Under the pieces are notes generated by a model that saw nothing but the letters and a program-made list of their open reading frames with translations, had not been told where the DNA came from and made no database searches. Shown in pieces: positions 24,272 to 28,740 of a DNA stretch of 28,740 nucleotides. The DNA comes from a virus. Lineage: Duplodnaviria > Caudoviricetes. The position numbers were made by a program, and so were the translations under genes. The stretch is from positions 1 through 28,740 of IMG/VR virus record IMGVR_UViG_3300025168_000467, one strand, 5' to 3'. Numbering within the stretch: position 1 is the first letter of the stretch; each line of letters starts with the position of its first letter.

Positions 24272-25249
24272 ATGGCAAATGCAACACCAGTATCGGTGGG
24301 CAAAGTCAATGCTTCTGGTAGTGAAGACGCTTTATTTCTGAAAGTTTTTGCAGGAGAAGTATTAACTTCTTTTGAAAGAGCTTCAGTAACAGCAGGTGCA
24401 GAGATGGTACGTTCTATCTCTAACGGTAAGTCAGCAACTTTCCCAGTAATGGGTAGAGTAGCGGCGGCTTATCACACAGCAGGTGCGGAAATCACAGGAA
24501 GTGACGTAAACCACAACGAAAAAGTCATTACAATTAATGACTTACTATTAAGCTCAGTATTCCTTAGCAACATTGAAGAAGCTAAGAACCACTGGGACGT
24601 AAGAAGTGCTTACTCTACAGAAATTGGTAGAGCTTTGGCTTTCCAAAAAGATAAGCATATCTTACAAACAATCGGTCAAGCGGCTCAGGCGGCTACCAAC
24701 GTAACAGGCGGAGACGCAGGTACAGTATTAACTAATACAGGTATCGCTTCTGCAACTGCGGCTACTGCGGCAAACGCAATGATTGACTCATTGTTTGATG
24801 CCGCTTCTAACCTAGACTCACACTACGTTCCAAAAGAAGGTAGAAAGTGTTTCCTAAGATTAGAAGAATACTACAAATTAGCTAACGCTACAAATGCAGT
24901 CAATGTTGACTTCAGTGGCGGTGCTAATGGTGGTGTGGCTGAAGGTAAAGTAATTAAAGTAGCAGGAATTGAGTTAATTCCAACTCCTCACTTTGTTTCT
25001 TCAAACGTAAACTCAGGCGTAGACCAAGGTTCAGCTACAGCAGGAGGTTCAAATCCTCAAGCTGTTAACTTGGCTAACTATGTGGCATTAGTTTGTCACC
25101 CTAGTGCGGCAGGTACAGTTAAGCTGATGGATTTATCAACTGAAATGGAATATGACATAAGACGTCAAGGTACATTAATGGTTGCTAAATACGCAATGGG
25201 ACATGGCGTCCTAAGACCTGAAGCGGCTGTAGGTATTAAAGAAGCGTAA
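24272..25249 (+). CDS. major capsid protein (T7 gp10-like)
   Basis: ALFLKVFAGEVLTSF, RSISNGKSATFP, KYAMGHGVLRPEAA; AAGGAG RBS. Confidence 0.98.
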   Translation: MANATPVSVGKVNASGSEDALFLKVFAGEVLTSFERASVTAGAEMVRSISNGKSATFPVMGRVAAAYHTAGAEITGSDVNHNEKVITINDLLLSSVFLSNIEEAKNHWDVRSAYSTEIGRALAFQKDKHILQTIGQAAQAATNVTGGDAGTVLTNTGIASATAATAANAMIDSLFDAASNLDSHYVPKEGRKCFLRLEEYYKLANATNAVNVDFSGGANGGVAEGKVIKVAGIELIPTPHFVSSNVNSGVDQGSATAGGSNPQAVNLANYVALVCHPSAAGTVKLMDLSTEMEYDIRRQGTLMVAKYAMGHGVLRPEAAVGIKEA

Positions 25250-25276
25250 GCCTCTTTAACTACATAATCTTAACTA

Positions 25277-25308
25277 GAGGGCGGACTTAGTTCCGCCTTC
25301 TTCTTTTT
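25277..25308 (+). terminator. T-phi-like terminator after the capsid gene
   Basis: GAGGGCGGA-cttagt-TCCGCCTTC followed by TTCTTTTT. Confidence 0.85.
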
Positions 25309-25318
25309 AAGGGAAACT

Positions 25319-25921
25319 ATGACAACACAGATTACTCCAACTACTGAGCTTCAAGCTGTTAATACTATGTTATCAGTAATAGGTGAAGCTCCTGTTAATA
25401 CAATTACAGGTAATACGAATGTAGATGTATCAGTCGCTAAAAATATTTTAGATGAAACATCTATGTCAGTTCAAACTCAAGGTTGGAATTTTAACACACA
25501 ATATAAATATGTAGTTTCTTTAGACACTGATAATAAAATACCACTACCCTCAAACTGCGTTCAAGCTGACGCCTCAGCAGATTTCCGTTATATGAATGTT
25601 GTTATCCGTGATGGCTATTTATATGATATGGATAATCACACTGACGTTTTCACTACTGCACCTACACTTGATGTAGTTCTAGTGCAACAATATGAACACC
25701 TCCCTGAATACGCAAGACAATACATTACATTAAAATCAGCTAGAAGATTTGCTTCTCGTTTTATTGGTGACTCTGAAATAACTAAATTAGTAGGTACTGA
25801 TGAACAAGAGGCACACAATACTTTTAAACAAGCTGATACAAGAAGTGCTGATGTAAATATACTTTCAGGAGACGCTAATACTTATTCAATAATTAACAGA
25901 CCTCCAAGAAGGACATACTAA
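25319..25921 (+). CDS. tail tubular protein A (T7 gp11-like)
   Basis: TELQAVNTMLSVIGEAPV, QTQGWNFN, YI...ARRF. Confidence 0.95.
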   Translation: MTTQITPTTELQAVNTMLSVIGEAPVNTITGNTNVDVSVAKNILDETSMSVQTQGWNFNTQYKYVVSLDTDNKIPLPSNCVQADASADFRYMNVVIRDGYLYDMDNHTDVFTTAPTLDVVLVQQYEHLPEYARQYITLKSARRFASRFIGDSEITKLVGTDEQEAHNTFKQADTRSADVNILSGDANTYSIINRPPRRTY

Positions 25922-28413
25922 TGCCAGTTGTATCGCAGAGTATTCCTAATTTTATTAATGGTATATCTCAGCAAACACCAACACAAAGAGGAATTAATCA
26001 AGCAACTGAACAAGTAAATCTACAAAACAATATTGTAAATGGTTTATCAAAGCGTCCACCTCTTGAATATATAGCAACACTTGATGCTTCAAATGTATTC
26101 CCCAACACAGCAAAATTATGGAACATACAGCGTGATGAAAGTAATCAATACTTATGTGCTTTTTATGACAACGGTGTAAAGGTATATGATTTAGCAGGTA
26201 ATGAAAAAACAGTTTCTTTTCCAAATGGAAATACTTATCTTAACTCAACTAATCCAAAAGAAGATTTTAAATTAGTTAACATAGCTGACTTTACTTTTAT
26301 TGCTAATAAATCTATTGTGCCAACAGCAGACAGTACAACGTCTGCGGCTAAAGTAGAAGAGTTCTTAATTTATGCTAAGACATCTAACTACGGTAGAGAA
26401 TATAAAGTTGCTCTTAAACACCCTAGTATGTCGTATGAGATAGAAGTTATATTTCAAATGCCTAGTGGTAATGATGCAACTACTGACAGTGAATTTAGAG
26501 ATACAAATAAAATTACAGATATACTTTTAAAAGGTACTTCAAGTACACACTGGAATGGGAGTGCGTCACAAATAGGATTTAAAACTGTTCGTACTGATAC
26601 AGGAGCTACGTTATCTACTACTGAAGGTTTAACAAATTATTCTGGTATTAGTAACTACTTTACTTTTGAGTCTTATGACTCTGTTATCTATGGTAAGCCT
26701 ACTGACGGAAACGCAAACTATACTGTGTCTACTTCTGATGGTGCAGGTAATGCGTCTATGTATGCTATTAAAGATAAGATACAAGATTTTACAAAGCTAC
26801 CTTATTACGGAAAAGATGATGTTATTATACAAGTAACAGGTGATGAAGGAGATACTCTTTCTGATTATTTTGTGCAATTTAAAGGCAATGGTATTTGGAA
26901 TGAGTGTATTGCTCCTGCTACAAGCATAGGATTAACAGACACTACAATGCCTCATGCACTTGTTAATAATAATAATGGTACTTTTACATTTAAAAAAATA
27001 GAATTTACTGACAGAATATGTGGAGACTCTTTATCAAACTCTGACCCTTCTTTTGTTGGTAAAACAATTCAAAATTTAACATTTTATAAAAGTCGTTTAG
27101 GAATTTTATCAGGTGAAAATTTAATTTTATCTGAAAATGCAAGTTACTTTAATTTCTTTGCTACAACAGTTACACAAGTTTTAGACACTGACCCTATTGA
27201 TATAGCGGCGTCAGGTACACAAGTTAATACTCTTAAAAACTCTGTAGCATTTAATGAAACTTTATTATTATTTTCTGATACAGCTCAATATAAATTAGAC
27301 TCAGGTGGTGATACAATAACACCTACGTCAGCTATACTAAATGAAGTCTCAGTGTTTGAGCATGATGACAGTGTAACTCCTGTAGCGGCAGGTAAATTTG
27401 CATATTTTTGTCAATCAAGAAATAATAATACAGCAGTAAGAGAATACTATGCTGATGATGATACTTTAACAAATGATGGTTTAGATATTAGTGTGGCAGT
27501 ACAAAGTTTAATTCCTGCTAATCCATATCAAATTATAAGTAATACGATTGAAGATACTTTATTATTTTTAGTATCAGATACGGCAGACGGTGCAGTAGCT
27601 CCTGCTTCTGTAGGTTCTGCTGTTACTCCAACAAATGCTAACACAATATATCTTTATAAATATTTCTTTGATAAAGGTGAGAAGGTACAAACAGCATGGT
27701 CTAAGTGGACATTTAATGGAGTAAAAATATTAGGTGGTATGACTAGCGATAGTTTTGTTTATTTATTTACTGCTGAAGGACAAGATACAAAATTATTTAA
27801 AATAGATTTAAGAAACTTAGAAGACACAACTATTGGTTTTAATGTTCATTTAGATTTACGAAAAAAAGTTACTGGAACATATAGTACAGTTACAGGCTTA
27901 ACTACAGTAACATCACCGTATGGTGCTAAGACAGGACTTATGGCAGTTGATGCTACTAACGGTTCTAACTATGCGTTAACGTATGTTAGTGGTTCTAACT
28001 ACACACTGATTGGTAATCATACAAATGTTTACATAGGTGTTCCGTATGAGTCTTTATATACTTTATCACCTCAATATATTCGAGAAGATACAGGTAGAGG
28101 ACTTATGGCTATTACGTCAGGTCGTTATCAAATACGAACAATAAATTTTGATTTTGAAAACTCAGGATATTTTCAAGTAGAAGTATCTCCTGAAAATAGA
28201 GATACAAATACAACATTTATGAATGGTTATATAATTGGTACAGCAGGAAGTACAGTAGGTACACCTGCAATTAGTTCAGGCACATTGAGAGTACCTGTTC
28301 AATGCCGTAACACAGATTTTACTCTTAATATTAAAAGTGATTCTCACTTACCTATGTTTATAGCAAGTGCAGAAGTCGAGGGTTACTATCATAGACGCTC
28401 AAGGAGAATGTAA
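25921..28413 (+). CDS. tail tubular protein B (T7 gp12-like)
   Basis: SQSIPNFINGISQQ, GLSKRPP, PSFVG, RLGILSGE, DPID, AWSKW. Confidence 0.95.
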   Translation: MPVVSQSIPNFINGISQQTPTQRGINQATEQVNLQNNIVNGLSKRPPLEYIATLDASNVFPNTAKLWNIQRDESNQYLCAFYDNGVKVYDLAGNEKTVSFPNGNTYLNSTNPKEDFKLVNIADFTFIANKSIVPTADSTTSAAKVEEFLIYAKTSNYGREYKVALKHPSMSYEIEVIFQMPSGNDATTDSEFRDTNKITDILLKGTSSTHWNGSASQIGFKTVRTDTGATLSTTEGLTNYSGISNYFTFESYDSVIYGKPTDGNANYTVSTSDGAGNASMYAIKDKIQDFTKLPYYGKDDVIIQVTGDEGDTLSDYFVQFKGNGIWNECIAPATSIGLTDTTMPHALVNNNNGTFTFKKIEFTDRICGDSLSNSDPSFVGKTIQNLTFYKSRLGILSGENLILSENASYFNFFATTVTQVLDTDPIDIAASGTQVNTLKNSVAFNETLLLFSDTAQYKLDSGGDTITPTSAILNEVSVFEHDDSVTPVAAGKFAYFCQSRNNNTAVREYYADDDTLTNDGLDISVAVQSLIPANPYQIISNTIEDTLLFLVSDTADGAVAPASVGSAVTPTNANTIYLYKYFFDKGEKVQTAWSKWTFNGVKILGGMTSDSFVYLFTAEGQDTKLFKIDLRNLEDTTIGFNVHLDLRKKVTGTYSTVTGLTTVTSPYGAKTGLMAVDATNGSNYALTYVSGSNYTLIGNHTNVYIGVPYESLYTLSPQYIREDTGRGLMAITSGRYQIRTINFDFENSGYFQVEVSPENRDTNTTFMNGYIIGTAGSTVGTPAISSGTLRVPVQCRNTDFTLNIKSDSHLPMFIASAEVEGYYHRRSRRM

Positions 28414-28740
28414 TGAAAGAAAAATATGTACGCATTGCTAAGTTAGCAGATGTACTAGAGTTAGCTCCTAAAATTAGAAAAGGAGATAGAGCAGAAATTA
28501 GAGCTTCCGATAATGTTTCACCATTAGAAGCCTTAATCGTTCCCTTTACAATCGAAGGTCATAAAACTTATTCTATTATTGGCACTAAAGAAGAAGGTGT
28601 TATTGGTATGTTTGGGTCAACGCCAAGTGCAGAAAAAGGTTATGGCTGTGCATGGTTATTATCAAGTGAAAATTTATTTAATCATACAAGACAATTTTTA
28701 AAAGAGTGTCCTTATTGGATAGAGCAAATGAGTGAGGGGT
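28413..28740 (+). CDS. T7 gp13-like protein (partial, runs off the window end)
   Basis: TAATG coupling; MKEKYVRIAKLADVLELAPKIRKGDRAEIRAS...IGMFG...AWLLSS; syntenic after gp12. Confidence 0.8.
   Translation, partial: MKEKYVRIAKLADVLELAPKIRKGDRAEIRASDNVSPLEALIVPFTIEGHKTYSIIGTKEEGVIGMFGSTPSAEKGYGCAWLLSSENLFNHTRQFLKECPYWIEQMSEG

Noticed and set aside
25225-25260. T7 10A/10B-type capsid frameshift
   Set aside because: No convincing slippery sequence near the stop, and a terminator follows closely with no room for a long extension.

Overview
This window is part of an AT-rich T7-like (Autographiviridae-type) podophage genome, and all credible genes are on the + strand. It is circularly permuted. 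It opens with the late end (small membrane proteins, 3TM holin, terminase small and large subunits, GH73 glucosaminidase, lysozyme). It then crosses a non-coding probable genome-end region (~3813-4270) into the early region of small ORFs, a MarR-like regulator, a tyrosine integrase and an attP made of the 5' half of tRNA-Phe. Next come the single-subunit RNA polymerase, SSB, endonuclease, a degenerate amidase, primase-helicase, DNA polymerase A, exonuclease and nrdA/nrdB, then portal, scaffold, capsid and tail tube A/B. The layout resembles temperate marine alphaproteobacterial phages of the HTVC019P/HTVC011P pelagiphage type (inference, not a database result). The standout feature is six complete hammerhead ribozymes within 2.6 kb of the early region (4392-7019), in all three topologies (III, III, I, II, I, II). 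Each sits at a gene boundary, and most are followed by a (CAA)n leader and an RBS. This suggests a self-processing early transcript doing the job that RNase III sites do in T7. Other notable points are an FtsZ-tail-like peptide on an early protein, 33-bp-phased repeats, a probable AUU start for the integrase, a recoverable phage promoter consensus and a likely catalytically dead gp3.5 amidase.
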